A stretch of 63,891 nucleotides of DNA, filler included, from Ministeria vibrans ATCC 50519 (taxonomy: Eukaryota; Protista; Filasterea): the NCBI GenBank assembly GCA_943704425.1. It is 11 parts of 11 records of this genome, joined end to end, with 100 filler letters (N's around TTAATTAATTAA, not from the genome) between each part and the next. Parts side by side here need not be neighbours in the genome. Positions count along the whole stretch, not along the records: positions 42,434 to 54,416 come from CALSCP010001535.1; positions 54,517 to 56,983 come from CALSCP010002791.1; positions 57,084 to 58,777 come from CALSCP010002592.1; positions 58,878 to 60,916 come from CALSCP010002253.1; positions 61,017 to 62,688 come from CALSCP010000869.1; positions 62,789 to 63,891 come from CALSCP010002657.1; 5 more parts are not named here. One strand, given 5' to 3'. The notes below the pieces were generated by a model. The model was not told where the DNA came from and did not search any database. It was given only the letters and a program-made list of their open reading frames with translations. Below are positions 50,314 through 62,789 of the stretch, piece by piece. The position numbers were made by a program, and so were the translations under genes. Positions within the stretch are counted from its first letter, which is position 1. Every line of letters begins with the position of its first letter.

Positions 50314-52547
50314 GAACTCTGCGCGGCCTTTTTTTTTCTTTTGCCTTTTCAACCGGTTTATCGCACTTCAACTCGCTACAACTCCCACTGGACGGTGTCC
50401 TTGCGTCTTTCTTCGTCCATCCCTCCGTGCGAATCGTCGTCTCGTGCCGTTGTGGAGCTGTCAGCGAACGAAAGTTCTCTCTCTCCGTCTCTCTTTTTTT
50501 TTTCTCTCTCTCTCTCTCTCCTTTTCCGTTTGCTACTCTTGCTGGACGCGTGTCCTGCCGGCCCCAGCGTTGCCCAAGGGGATCTAGTCCTATACAGCGC
50601 CGTGTGGTGCGCCAGATTGCTCTCCCGCCGTGCAACCATCCGGATTTCTTGTCCTTCCTTGTCGCTTTTTTGGTGTTGACTCCTGTCGCAACGCGCCGGC
50701 GAGGTGTGTCGCAACAGGCGTCCACACGGTGGCGTACCGTGGCATTGCTGCTGGCAGGCGCGTCGTCGTTGCAGTGTGTCCGCCTGTGCTTCGCTCGTGC
50801 GTTTGTGTTGTTTTTCCAAGGCACTAAGTTTTGCACTTTCGTGTTTGTTCCCTGTAGAATTCGGAACACTTCGAAATGCGATGAAGTCGATTCTGGTCGA
50901 AGCCGAGAACATGTCCGCAGTACACATGCAAGTATCGCAAAAGATTGTGTCCGACATTGAAGGCGTACGTCACAGGCTGAAGCAACAACGAAAATCATCA
51001 CGCCATACTTTTTGCGACTGATGCCCATCTGTGTCTTCTACTTTCAGGATGTGAACAAATGGAAGAAGGAGAATTTCCACAAGTCGATGATTCATTACAA
51101 AGAGGCAAAGAGAGCCTCGGATGGGTTTGAAAAGGCACAAAAGCCTTGGGCGAAGCTCAAGAGCAAGACAGACAAGTACAGAGGGGTGTACCACTCTGCG
51201 TGTTCGGCGGCCGAGAAACTGACCAACAAACTGTCAGAGGCGCAGCGCGACCAAGCTTTGAACCCGGAGGAGTGCATGCGGTTGCGAGAGAGGCTGGTAA
51301 AGGCCACGGACGACGTGCGTGCCGCAAAGGAGAAATACTTGCGCGGCATTGACGCCATTAATCAGTACAACGGACAATATATGGTAAGACGACGAAGAAA
51401 TAATAATCTGTATCACCCAATGCATTGCGACTGCGATTGCTCACCTTATTTCATCTTCTTTTAATTGTAGGCCGAAATGACGGCCGAGTTTGAGTACTGG
51501 CAACACTTTGAGCGGCAGCGCATTGAGTACTTCAAGACGATGCTGCTTGAGTACCATGCCATTGTTGATATCTACCACAATCCAGAGTATGCGCTTCCTC
51601 TCTCTCGCGCGCGCGCGTAAAAGGCTGTTCGATTTAAATTGTGAATGTTTTTTTTAGTGTGCCGCGCACTTTGGAGACGTTGCGAGCGGGTCTGCAGGCC
51701 ATTGACGCACAGACTGATCTTGAGGCATTTAGTGACACCAGAGGCGTTGGAATGCCAATGGAATGGCCTCAATTTGAAGAGTATGCACTTACCAAAGCAG
51801 TCCTTATATTTAAAATTGCATTAGAGATGCTTTCTCAAACGCGATGTTTTTTTTTTTTTTTTACATGAGCATAGGTTCAGCGGTGGGTCGTACGACGAAA
51901 TGCGGGACAGCGTCAACGTGGGGTCGCGGCCTGCATCGCACTCGGCGCCTCCGCGCTCTGTTCCCGTCGCCGCGCAGGGCCCTCCGCCCGCGCAGCCTCG
52001 GTATGGCGCCCCGCCCACTGCACAGCCCCCTCAGCCTGCCGCATACCAGCAGCAACCCGAATACGATGATGAGTGGGACGAGGAAGAGCCGGTACCTTTA
52101 CATTTTACTTTTCGCTACTCCAGCACTCATTTTGTTTCCCCCTGTCGTATGACATTGATTGCTCTTTTTGTTTCAATTTTTACTCTTTTTTTCCATCTGC
52201 CCTTTTTTCTGTGTGAATTTGTGTGTTCCGGACGTAATTCATAGCAATACGACGAACAGTATGATCAGGTAATGATCTTGTTTGGGTCTTTACGTTTCAA
52301 AGTCCCAATCAAAAAGCCAACACAAAACGTGACACTGACGGACAATGTGTGTGAATATAGGAATATGCCGAACAATACGACGAGTACGCTGCAGAACCGG
52401 TGGCAGGAGGAAATCAGGTAGGAACACGAGATAAAGAGAGGGTTGGAGATAAAAAAAAACATACAAGTGATGGAGAGAAATTGTGCTGGTGAATGTGCTG
52501 GTGTGCGATTGATTGTGCAAGTGTGTACAACATTATTATTTGTATTA

Positions 52548-52622
<75 letters not shown>

Positions 52623-53025
52623 CAAAAATCAAAAAGATAATAATAAGACTCGTTAAACGTGTACATTTAGGTGCGTGCTCTGTACGACTACGACGGAGTG
52701 GATGCGGAGGAGCTAAGCTTCCGTGTTGACGACATCATTGACCAGATTGAGCCTGAGGACGACCAAGGCTGGTGCCGCGGCTCGCTGAACGGCCGCTCCG
52801 GAATCTACCCCGCCTCTTACGTATTCATTTTTCACATTTTTGTTCTTTTCTCTTTTCTTTTTTTTCGATCACTTTGTTCTCTCTCCCTCATCTCACGCAC
52901 ATGCACCGATACTTTCGCACACACACACTCTCTTCTTCTTGCTATTCGTACTGCCTCCATCCACTGTTTTACTCACTTTTCTTTTTGTACTCGCTCCTCT
53001 TCTGTTTTAGGTGGAATACATCTGA
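50016..53025 (+). CDS. PACSIN: PACSIN/syndapin (F-BAR plus SH3)
   Basis: DSFWDVGNYRRVVDRV, WKKENFHKSM, GFEKAQKPW, GVGMPMEWPQFEE; SH3 RALYDYDG..ELSF..DDQGWCRG..GIYPASYVE. Confidence 0.94.
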
Positions 53026-53121
53026 ATTGTCTCCAGATTTAAGTCTCTTTTTCATTTTCAGATTTTTTTTTCTTTATAAAGTGAACATTGATATTTTCTT
53101 TGAGTCTTGAAAGGTGGTGGG

Positions 53122-54397
53122 TCACAGGGCGAGGGTAAAACGGTACTTGAGGTTAGCACGACCGTCAAAGGGATACCAGAAAGGATAGTTTGTGTTGTAC
53201 GGGTTGGCCCAGAGAGTGAAGGCAGCGCCTTTGAAGGGATCGGGTTGGGTGATGAGGGGCGACGGGAAGGGCGACGGGTCGTCGAAGGAGACAAACCCGG
53301 CGTCGAGCGAGGCGATGGAAAGGGTCTTGTTTGAGTGGGAGCGGGTCAGGCGGATACCAGCATCATCGATGCCTGGCATGCCGCGGTTGGCGCCGACGAC
53401 GCTGTCGTGCAGACCTGTCCAGCCGTGCAGACGACGGAACTCCCATTGGGGGGTCTCTCCAGCGTCGTACGTGGGCAGGAACTGGAAAAAGGCTGCCTCG
53501 GGGAAGCGCGTGGTGGTCTTGTTAAATAGTGACAGAGTGACGCTGATGGATGTGTCATCGTCGTCACTCGCGTACTCCACCCAGACCGTCTCGGGCGCAC
53601 CGTAGTGTTCGTGCACGTCGCTCACGCCCACATACGACAACTCCACAAGAATGTCCGTCCTGAATTTGCCTTCAGCAGTGCGCGTCCAGACACTCTGAAG
53701 ACGCGGAGGGAGCATTTGTCGACGAGGATTGGACGCGGTCACGTTGGGCTTGCCATACTCCGTATCAAAATGCTCATGAACAAAGAGATACTCGTTCTGG
53801 AATCGTGTAAAATCGGCTTCCACCAGAGAATTGTAAAGCACGCGCGCCAAAGGACGCTCCGACGATGCCCACTGCACGCCCGTGCGACTGTCCACCAGCG
53901 ACACAACTGCACCGCTGGTCGCGTCAAAGCTCAGCTGTACGCGCTTGGACAGTGCTATTTCACGCGTGGGATCACTCTCACGATGCCATCCCTCAGTGCT
54001 TGGCACGCGCGGCTCGAGTGCGTCCAGTGCAGCTCGCACATGTGCACCAAAGGGCGACGCGCCCAGTTTGCTCACCGGCACAGTAATGCCCCATTCGCGC
54101 TGCTCCTTCCACGACTGTTCCATCAGTAGCGACGCTTTGTCGCCACTCGCCAGTTGCTCTTGCAAATACGCATTCGTGTAGTTACTCTGGTCCTTCATAT
54201 GGCCCAACGACAGACCCCACGTGTGTTCGCCGTTTTTCAGAGCAAGACGCGAGAAATCAAACATCTCCTTGGCACTGCACTGGCAATGCGCTTCGGTGGG
54301 TGTCCCGTCGACGCACTGTGCCCGCTGGCGGTGCAGTTCGCGTAGAGCCGCCACTTTGTATGGGTCGGACGGAGGGCCAAGCACCCAAGAGTCACTG
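53122..54397 (-). CDS. DUF5054-type glycoside hydrolase-like protein, C-terminal part (5'-truncated)
   Basis: EHTWG motif, SWKEQR, KTTTRFPEA, SLDAGFVS and NTNYPFWYPF. Confidence 0.7.
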
Positions 54398-54516
54398 TCG
54401 AAAGAAAAAGAAAAAANNNNNNNNNNNNNNNNNNNNNNNNNNNNNNNNNNNNNNNNNNNNTTAATTAATTAANNNNNNNNNNNNNNNNNNNNNNNNNNNN
54501 NNNNNNNNNNNNNNNN

Positions 54517-54549
<33 letters not shown>

Positions 54550-54766
54550 GGGAAAGAAACAAGTGATAGAGGGAGCAGGAAAAAAAAACAAAGTGAGAGA
54601 GAGGACGGGGAAAGAAACAAAGTGATAGAGAGAAGGAAAAAAAAAACAAAGTGATAGAGAGAGAGAGAGAAGGGAAGAAGAAACAAAGCGATGGAGAGAG
54701 AGAATTTGTGTGTCTGTATAAGTGACGAATTGGGTACACGCTAGTGATTGACACGCCGTTGATTAC

Positions 54767-55945
54767 CTTCGTCGGCCTTGGCGGACGTTTCAAAGTGCAG
54801 TGCGTTTGTTTCCGCTGCAAATTCTTCCGCCTGACTGCGCTCAACCTGTCGCTTCATGTCTGTCTTACTCCCCACAATACACACCACTACAGGCACAACA
54901 AGAACAACAACCGAATGAAAGAGAGATCCCTTTACGCAGAAAATATTTTCTTACGGAGGTTTTGGTTGGCATTTTGCCGTAAATCTGCAAGAGGGGGAAC
55001 AAAGTGAGAGAGAAAAAACACATAGTGAAAGAGAAAAAGAACCAAACGAGAGAGAGAAAAAGAACCGACGTGAGAAAGAGTAACAAACAAAGTGAGAAAG
55101 TGAATGAGCCAGAGTGCAAGAGAGAAAGAGACAAAGCGAGAGGGAAAGAGACAAAGTAAGAGAGAAAAAGAAACACAGCGTGAGAGAGAAAGAACCAAAA
55201 CGAGAAGGAAAAAAGCCAGGTGTGTGAGAGAAAGTGAGAAGAGAAACAATACAAAACGAGACTTTGGTGTGTTGAGTCGAATGGAACAACAACACTTACC
55301 TCTAATCCAACCCTTGAGGTCTGTGAAACTGTTCATGCAGGTGACATCGTACACGACAATGCCCACGTGTGCGCCACGGTAGTACATTGGCGCCTGGACG
55401 AGCAGCGCAAGTCAGCCACAGCACAAAGAGGAAAATAATACATAATAGAATGAATGCTCACCATTGACCGGAAGCGCTCCTGCCCCGCCGTGTCCCATAT
55501 TTGCAACCGAATCGCCCAGTCGTCCATGGTCCTACACAGATGCAACAGACCGTTAGGAGCTCAGCATATCGACTGTCAAAAGTCATAAGATCAAAATATC
55601 GGGAATGAGACACAGCGGCGTCTAGGGGGAATGCAGGGGGCACACGGAACGCGGGACGGGGGCACAGGCAGACGGGGGCCGTACATCTTCCGGGTCATGA
55701 ACGATGCGCCGATTGTCGACGTAAGGCCGTGCGTAAACGTCCCCTTGACGAATCTGAGCACCAGCGACGTCTTGCCAACACCTGCAACACGCCGAAGAGG
55801 GGCGGGGGTCAGTCATCGGAGAGTGTACGGTCGCACAGGCTGTCGCAAAGAGCGACGTTCTCGTTTTTTGCTCATCCGCGTCACCTTGCGAGCCCAGCAC
55901 GACGACTTTAGCCTCGAGCGCTTTACTGTCGTCCATGAACGACAT
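54767..55945 (-). CDS. Rab5-family small GTPase (Rab22/31-like), 3'-truncated
   Basis: [43 protein letters not shown], ETSAK. Confidence 0.9.
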
Positions 55946-56295
55946 GGTCGACCAAGTAGCTTCCAAAAACGTGAACGAAACAAAAACTAGTGACTTTCAA
56001 GTTTGCAGTTGCAAATGAGTGTTTTGGCGTTTCGTTAACCCTAAGATGTCACTAATGTCTTCTTTAAAATGCAATAATGGAATTTGTTTATACACAACTA
56101 CATTATTGTATACGAGTGATTTATTAGCAGAAGTAGTTCTTAGTGTTGCCGCCTTTCGTTTGTGATTGATAATATATTGGAAACGTCTTCTTCTTCTTCT
56201 TCAATAATATTTCAGTCGCGAAGAAAAACGCTCGCCAAAGAGAGAAGGAGAAAAGAAGATGTACACTATACAACAACAGAGGGGAAGAGTAGAAG

Positions 56296-56862
56296 CTACA
56301 GTTTTCGTGGAAACATGCGGGCAACGTCAGCATCGACGAGTGAGGTAAAGCGCGGCTGTGGGGCATCGGTGAGCACATCGACGCCAGCACTGCCGTCGGG
56401 CGAGCGATGACTGAACACCACACTACACATCATAGGAGAAGGTCCGCCAGCAAGTGAGTGAGTGCGTGAGCAAATGGGGGGAGATGTGGTATGGCCGATG
56501 GGTGCGTGTGTGTATGTGAAACTTACCGAATTTCACTGTGGAGGTAGTAGTGCTTTTTGGAACGTACAAACTTGAGGTGAGTGGCATAAACAAGTGAGTG
56601 AGGCGTTTGGCTGAAAGAAAGAGAGAGAAAGAGAAAGAGAAAAGCACGGTGAGAGATAGGATGAGAGATAGGATAGAGAGAAAAACAAAAGTAAGCAAGA
56701 AAGAAACACAGTGATAGAGAGAGCGGTTGAGAAGAAGATGAGTTGTGTGTACCGAGTGAGGGTTCGTTGACGCAGGAATGTCTTTGAGCGCGGAGGCATG
56801 TCAGTGAGGTCGTACGGAACCACAAACACTTTGATGACTGTCTTTTGCGGGTTGAAGACAAT
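56296..56862 (-). CDS. Atos/FAM214-like protein, C-terminal exons (5'-truncated)
   Basis: FNPQKTVIKVFVVPYDLTDMPPRSKTFLRQRT and HLKF..YYLHSEIRVVFS. Confidence 0.8.
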
Positions 56863-56873
56863 CTGATAGAAAA

Positions 56874-56983
<110 letters not shown>

Positions 56984-57292
56984 NNNNNNNNNNNNNNNNN
57001 NNNNNNNNNNNNNNNNNNNNNNNNNNNTTAATTAATTAANNNNNNNNNNNNNNNNNNNNNNNNNNNNNNNNNNNNNNNNNNNNTTTTTTTGAAACGAGCG
57101 ATTACAGCTGAAAGAGTATTGTCGGTGCGCACCGTCGGGGTCTCACATGAGAATGCTGTCTTTGGTGTTTGTCGCGTGTGCGTTGGATGAATCCCAACTG
57201 TTGGTTTGGTGTCATTTTGGGCTCTTTTTGAACGTGACACCATTTTTCGCTCATCCTGGTCCTTCTTCTCACTCTGCGATCCCCCTGTCTAG

Positions 57293-58708
57293 ACCCGCAT
57301 GCGCGTGAGGCGGCACAAAAGTACCTCGAGGAAGCCGAGCAGAACAACTTTGTACGATAACGGCGGGATTTTCGAAAAGGCACATTGAGAATTTTTTTTT
57401 GAAACACGCTGTGGTTTGTCTCTGGTAGCCTGGCTATTTGGTGGCGCTGGCGGAGCAGCTGTCGGCGCCGGAGGCGTCGTCCATTGCCAAGAGTGCTGCA
57501 GGGATTGCGTTGAAGAACTCGCTGACGACCAAGGAGGACGCACAGCGCGAGTACCTCTACCAGCGCTGGTTCAACGTCGACCCGGACATTCGCACGCGCG
57601 TCAAAGACAATGTTTTGCGTGCCCTTGGAACAGACTCCAAGCCATCCGTTGCAGCACAAGTACGTCACACTCCACAATATGTCACTCTAGATAATTACCA
57701 TTATTATTATATTTTTTTGTATTATTATTTTCTTGTTAAGTGCATTGCCGGAATTGCAGCAGCGGAAATCCCGCGACAGGAATGGCCAGAGCTGATCAAA
57801 CAGTTGCTGGAGAAGGCGGGCTCGCCCGATGTGAATGTGCGACAGGCATCGATTGAGGCGGTCGGTTATGTGTGCGAGTCGGTTGAGCCGGAGTTGCTCG
57901 AGGAGCAGAGCAACGACATCCTCAACTCTGTTGTGCACGGCATGGTCGAGACCGAACAGAACATGGGCGTGCGCTTTGCAGCTGCCACCGCACTGCACAA
58001 CTCCCTTGAGTTTATCCGCTCCAACTTTGACAACAAGGTCGAGCGTGACTTTATCATGCGGGTCGTGTGCGAGACGAGCCAGTGCGACAATGTCGACGTG
58101 CAGGTCGCCGCTCTCATGTGCCTCAACCGCATCATGGCCCTCTACTACGATCACATGGTCGACTATATTGTCGAGGCTCTCTTTCCCGTATGATTTTTTT
58201 TTGTTCCCATATGCCTCCAACTCGCGCTAATGCTCTTTTTTTCTTTTCTTTTCTTTTTCTTCGTCTTCAGATTACATTGAAAGCGATGCAAAACGAAGAC
58301 GAAAAGGTTGCCATGCAAGGGACGGAGTTTTGGTCGACGGTGTGCGACGAAGAGATCGAGCTTGCGCTGGAGGCAGAGGAGGCGCAACAGATGCAGACAC
58401 AGCCGTCGCGCGTGAGCCAGAGCTTTGCGCGCGGTGCACTGGAGCACCTGTGTCCCGTGTTGCTGCAGAACCTCGCCAAGCAGGACGAAGAGATCGACAA
58501 CCAGGACTGGACGGTGCCTGCCGCCGCCAGCGTGTGTCTCATGCATCTGGCGCGCTGCTGTGGCGACGTCATGCTGCCTCATGTCATTCCCTATGTCGCA
58601 GCTCACATCCAGCACCAGGACTGGCACTTGCGCGAAGCAGCCGTCATGGCCTTTGGCCAGTGTCTCGAAGTCACCGACTCTACCGACATGCCCGCTTACA
58701 CCGCTCAA
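57293..58708 (+). CDS. KPNB1: Importin subunit beta-1, N-terminal half (fragment)
   Basis: AAQKYLEEA, AGIALKNSLTTK, EIPRQEWPELI, SNDILNSVVHGM, ALHNSLEFIRSNF, ERDFIMRVVCE, EFWSTVCDEE, LREAAVMAFG. Confidence 0.95.
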
Positions 58709-58926
58709 GTACCACTGCCGAAAGGGAAAGGATAAAAACAAAATTTGACACTCCACCTCCCCCCCCCCCCTTCCTTTNNNNNNNNNNNNNNNNNNNNNNN
58801 NNNNNNNNNNNNNNNNNNNNNTTAATTAATTAANNNNNNNNNNNNNNNNNNNNNNNNNNNNNNNNNNNNNNNNNNNNAAAAAAAAAAAAAAAAAAAAAAA
58901 AAAAGTTAATAACCCTAACCCTCGAT

Positions 58927-60848
58927 CTATCTACCCAACGTACACTGATTGATTGTGGCTGTATGAAGCACGGAGATGTAAATCGTGTCATCAGCAAGCA
59001 CGGCGCCTTGGGTTTGTAGGCTCGGAGAAACCGCGGAGAGAGTGGTGCTGTTCACACTGAATGAGTCGCTGTCCAGTTCCACCACAAAGGCTTGCCGGGT
59101 CCCGGCGGTTGTTTGATCGAAAATGGTGCGCGCATCACCGATGACGTAAACCGTCGAGAGATCGGGAGACAAGAAAATCTGACGTCCGAGGCATTGCGAT
59201 GACTCGCCGGAAGGGCAGGCCAACTCTTTGGTCTTCACGAGAACAAATGGCTCGTCAGACTCGCCAGGGATAAGATTCCACTCGTAGTGAGTGATAAAAA
59301 AGTCAGTGTCGAAGGATCCAATTGAGAAGTGGTGTGAGAGGAAAAACCCATCGACACCCCTGTCGTCGTAAACAGCATCATAAATAGCGTCGTCTACAGG
59401 TGTTCCAAACTGCCATGTAATGAGAACAGATCCGTCTGTTACGTTGACAACAGCAAGAGCGAGGTCGTCGTCCATGCCCAAGTTATCGCTGTAAAAGTTC
59501 AAATCGGTGTTGAAAAAGACATAGGCCCTACCGACAGCGTCGACCAATATAGGCCCGCCCGTCACGGTATTCGTGGTGAGTCCAGTGGTGGTAAGCAGCG
59601 GCGTAAAAATCTCAAAGGCAGAATTCGAGACGGAGCCAGGGCTGAGGCGCGCAAAGAACGGAACGGTGTTGGTGCTGGGGGTCACAGTACCGGTGCATAA
59701 AATGTCGGAGGCATCGGACGATTGAGCTTTGACACAGCGAGTCACAGTGTTCGAGCCGCTACTGGGCGTGAATGTGGCAACAGTCTGTTCCATGACGGGC
59801 TGCCCGAGAATGTGAACCTCCGCCTCGCACAGCGCTCCCGTCGCGTACGGCGAGCAATCGCAAGTAAATCCGGCAACACCATCAAGGCAGGTGTTCCCAA
59901 CTCCACATGGTGAGCTGGTGCACTCGTCAATGTTGATCTCGCACAAGTCGCCCGTGAAACCCACGGCACAGGTGCATGTGTGCACATTGTTGGCAACCGA
60001 CACACCATCAAATATGACGTTGCAGGTAGCGCCATTGGCACACGGCGAAGAGACGCAAGGTTGGGGTTCACCAATCATGCTGACGGAATAAAAAAATCCA
60101 TTAGGAGCCGAACCTTCTTCGTCGAAGAGGAAACCTGTAGTCACGGCGCGATTCAAAGGCGAGTCAAGACTGTGTTTTTCGACCCCAAGTTCGGTGTTTA
60201 AAAAAGCTCCATACATCGAGTAGGAGCTCAAAAACGTCAAATGGTAGACGTCAAGAACATAAGCTACGACAATCCCAGCAGCGTCATTATCAATGTCAAA
60301 CCTGCCACCCGATATGTACACGGCGTTAGTTGTTGAGGGCAACACGCTCACATCAAGCCACAGTTCTTCGGTGCTTGCCGGGCCGTGGATTTTTCCTCTT
60401 TGCAAACTGCCAGGGCCTGCCTCGGTCAGACTGATAATCGCCGCAAAGCCAGAGCCAAACGAGGATCCAGTGCCAGAGAAGTCTGAATGGGTGTCCGTTT
60501 TAGACCGGCCTGAGGTACAATAATAAACGCCGACGTAATAAAAAGAATAATTAATAACAATAATAATAATAATAATAATAATTAAAATAATAATAATAAT
60601 AATAAATTTAATATTATTATTATTATTAATGCTTTGAACGTACCAACAAAGACACCAACGGACGCGTTGAAGGCAGCAAAGGCGTGACCTTCGTGGTCGT
60701 TTGAGCCATCCGCCACGGTGTAGTTGTTTTCCTTCTGGTCACCCTGAACGGCGTCAAAGCTAAGGAGAATCGCTTGTTTCACCCCTGCCACTGTGGTCAC
60801 ACCTACAAGAGTCCATAAAACAACGGAAAACAATAAACAATGTTTCAA
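58927..60848 (-). CDS. Secreted or surface protein with beta-propeller-like (SBBP-type) segments flanking two EGF repeats (ends uncertain)
   Basis: Hydrophobic N-terminus; EGF pair CVSSPCANGATC..INIDECTSSPC; WQFGTPVDDAIYDAVYD and VYVIGD..AGTRQAFVVELD blade-like motifs. Confidence 0.6.
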
Positions 60849-61016
60849 TAAGGCAAGGATATGAAATAAAGGTGGACAATACCAGAGACAAACAAAGAAT
60901 GGTAGTCGACTGAGTANNNNNNNNNNNNNNNNNNNNNNNNNNNNNNNNNNNNNNNNNNNNTTAATTAATTAANNNNNNNNNNNNNNNNNNNNNNNNNNNN
61001 NNNNNNNNNNNNNNNN

Positions 61017-61047
<31 letters not shown>

Positions 61048-61199
61048 AGAAAACAGTCTGTGGATGGAAGGAAAGGGAAAAGAGGGTAAAGGCGACGGAG
61101 TGGGAGCGTGTAGAGTGGTGATGGGGGAGACTGACGAGGGCAGCATGGGGCGGGGGCGGGGGGATGGAGAGGGAGTGCGAAACAACAGGAGACGGTTGA

Positions 61200-61480
61200 C
61201 GTGGATTTGGTGCGGTCAAGTGTACCTGAGCCAGTGGTAAAGCGGCGACGATGAGGGAGCGGCGGTCGCGACGGCGACCCATGGGGGGTGATAGAGGGGC
61301 TGTGGGCGGTGGCGGTGACGCAGGCACGACGGATGGCGCCATGGACGGTCCGACGCTGTGTGACCGATGTCTGAGAGAGGAGAACAGCGACGTCAGTCGG
61401 AGTTTCCGCTCGCCCCTTGGAGAGGTTAAGGGTGGCGGAGACGCCCGGGGTAGGGCCTCGCCGACATGGGGCTGGGACAT
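61200..61480 (-). CDS. First exon of an unidentified Pro/Ser-rich protein (3'-truncated)
   Basis: ATG 61480, open frame to a CAG|GTACAC donor, followed by a pyrimidine-rich intron running into the gap. Confidence 0.4.
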
Positions 61481-61535
61481 TCGAGGAGGATGAGAAGGAG
61501 AAGAAAAAAAATAATTAGATTAATAATAAAACGTT

Positions 61536-62680
61536 TTATTGTTCAGTCTGAGATACAGTGGTCGGAGACACGACAACCACGTCGCTCTGACTGCTGGACG
61601 AGGCGTGTTTCATCTTGCGTCGCTTCAAAAGCGGACTATCGTTCGATTCCTATAATTCGCGGTTTTGAATTTTTTTGTCATGTTGGTTTCCTTTTTGACG
61701 CGTTACCTCAATGGGTTTGAGTCGCAGACGGACTTGGGCACGCGCAGGACTCGGCTGTCGTTGTTGTTGAGCAAAGGCAAAGCCAGCAAAGTTGGCCTCG
61801 TAGCGCATGCGGTTCCCATCGACACCGAGCACAGAGGGGCTTTGCAGGGCTGAGCGCCCAAGCCTGCAATGCAATCCATGTTCGGGAGAGAGATAATTAT
61901 AATGTGTTACTGTGATTGTTGATATAGAAGGGAAGAGTAGGTACGAGATGGGGGAGAACCAGCTGTGGTCGAGTGCCTGTTGCGCTGAGAGACGTTCGTG
62001 GGGATTCGAATTAAGCAGTCCTCGAATGAGATCCTGTGTAAAAGTAAAAGAAAGAGAGAGTTTGAACTGTGACTGTGATTTGGTTCATTTCACCTTTGCA
62101 AACTCGGATACTACGCTCCACTGAGCATCGGGAAAGACCAAAGGGGCACGTTTCATTTGTTGCAGAACACGATAAGACGAGACATCGTGAAGAGACGCAC
62201 GCGAGAGAAACGGAGGATAGCCACAAAGCAAAATGTACTGTGCATGAGAGTGTTCGAATATTCGAGTGTCAGTGAGTGAGTGAGCAGGCGAGTGACATCA
62301 GTGTACCATAATAGCGCCGACACTCCATAAGTCAGCAATCTCATCGTAACCGATTTCCTCCTCTTCTCCTTCTTCCCGTTCATCTGTGTCTTTTTCCCCC
62401 TGACCCTTGCCACCACCATTCATAACTCCCTCCACCTGCACCGCGGTCTTTCGACTCAGCACTTCCGGGGCAACAAACCCAGCAGTGCCCACAGGCGTCT
62501 GCAACAGCATGCGCCTCCCACCACGCACACCGCTCCTGTGCCCTGGGTGTGCGGCTTCCGCCCCATCACCACTATCGTCATCTTCGTTGTGCTGCGATTG
62601 AGAGTGCATGCGCGTTGCAAACCCAAAGTCAATCAATTTCAATGCGCTCTCCTCAGCGTCACTCTCAAACACCAGATTCT
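61536..62680 (-). CDS. MAPK-activated protein kinase (MK2/MK5/MSK-type), C-terminal part
   Basis: LKLIDFGFA, LQTPVGTAGFVAPEVL, GYDEIADLWSVGAIM, YILLCGYPPF, LQSPSVL, and the MAPK-docking/NLS tail RLKPIEESNDSPLLKRRKMK. Confidence 0.85.
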
Positions 62681-62789
62681 AAAAAAAANNNNNNNNNNNN
62701 NNNNNNNNNNNNNNNNNNNNNNNNNNNNNNNNTTAATTAATTAANNNNNNNNNNNNNNNNNNNNNNNNNNNNNNNNNNNNNNNNNNNNG

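Noticed and set aside
58908-58923. Telomere (AACCCTAACCCT)
   Set aside because: Only two units next to a poly-A contig end; insufficient.
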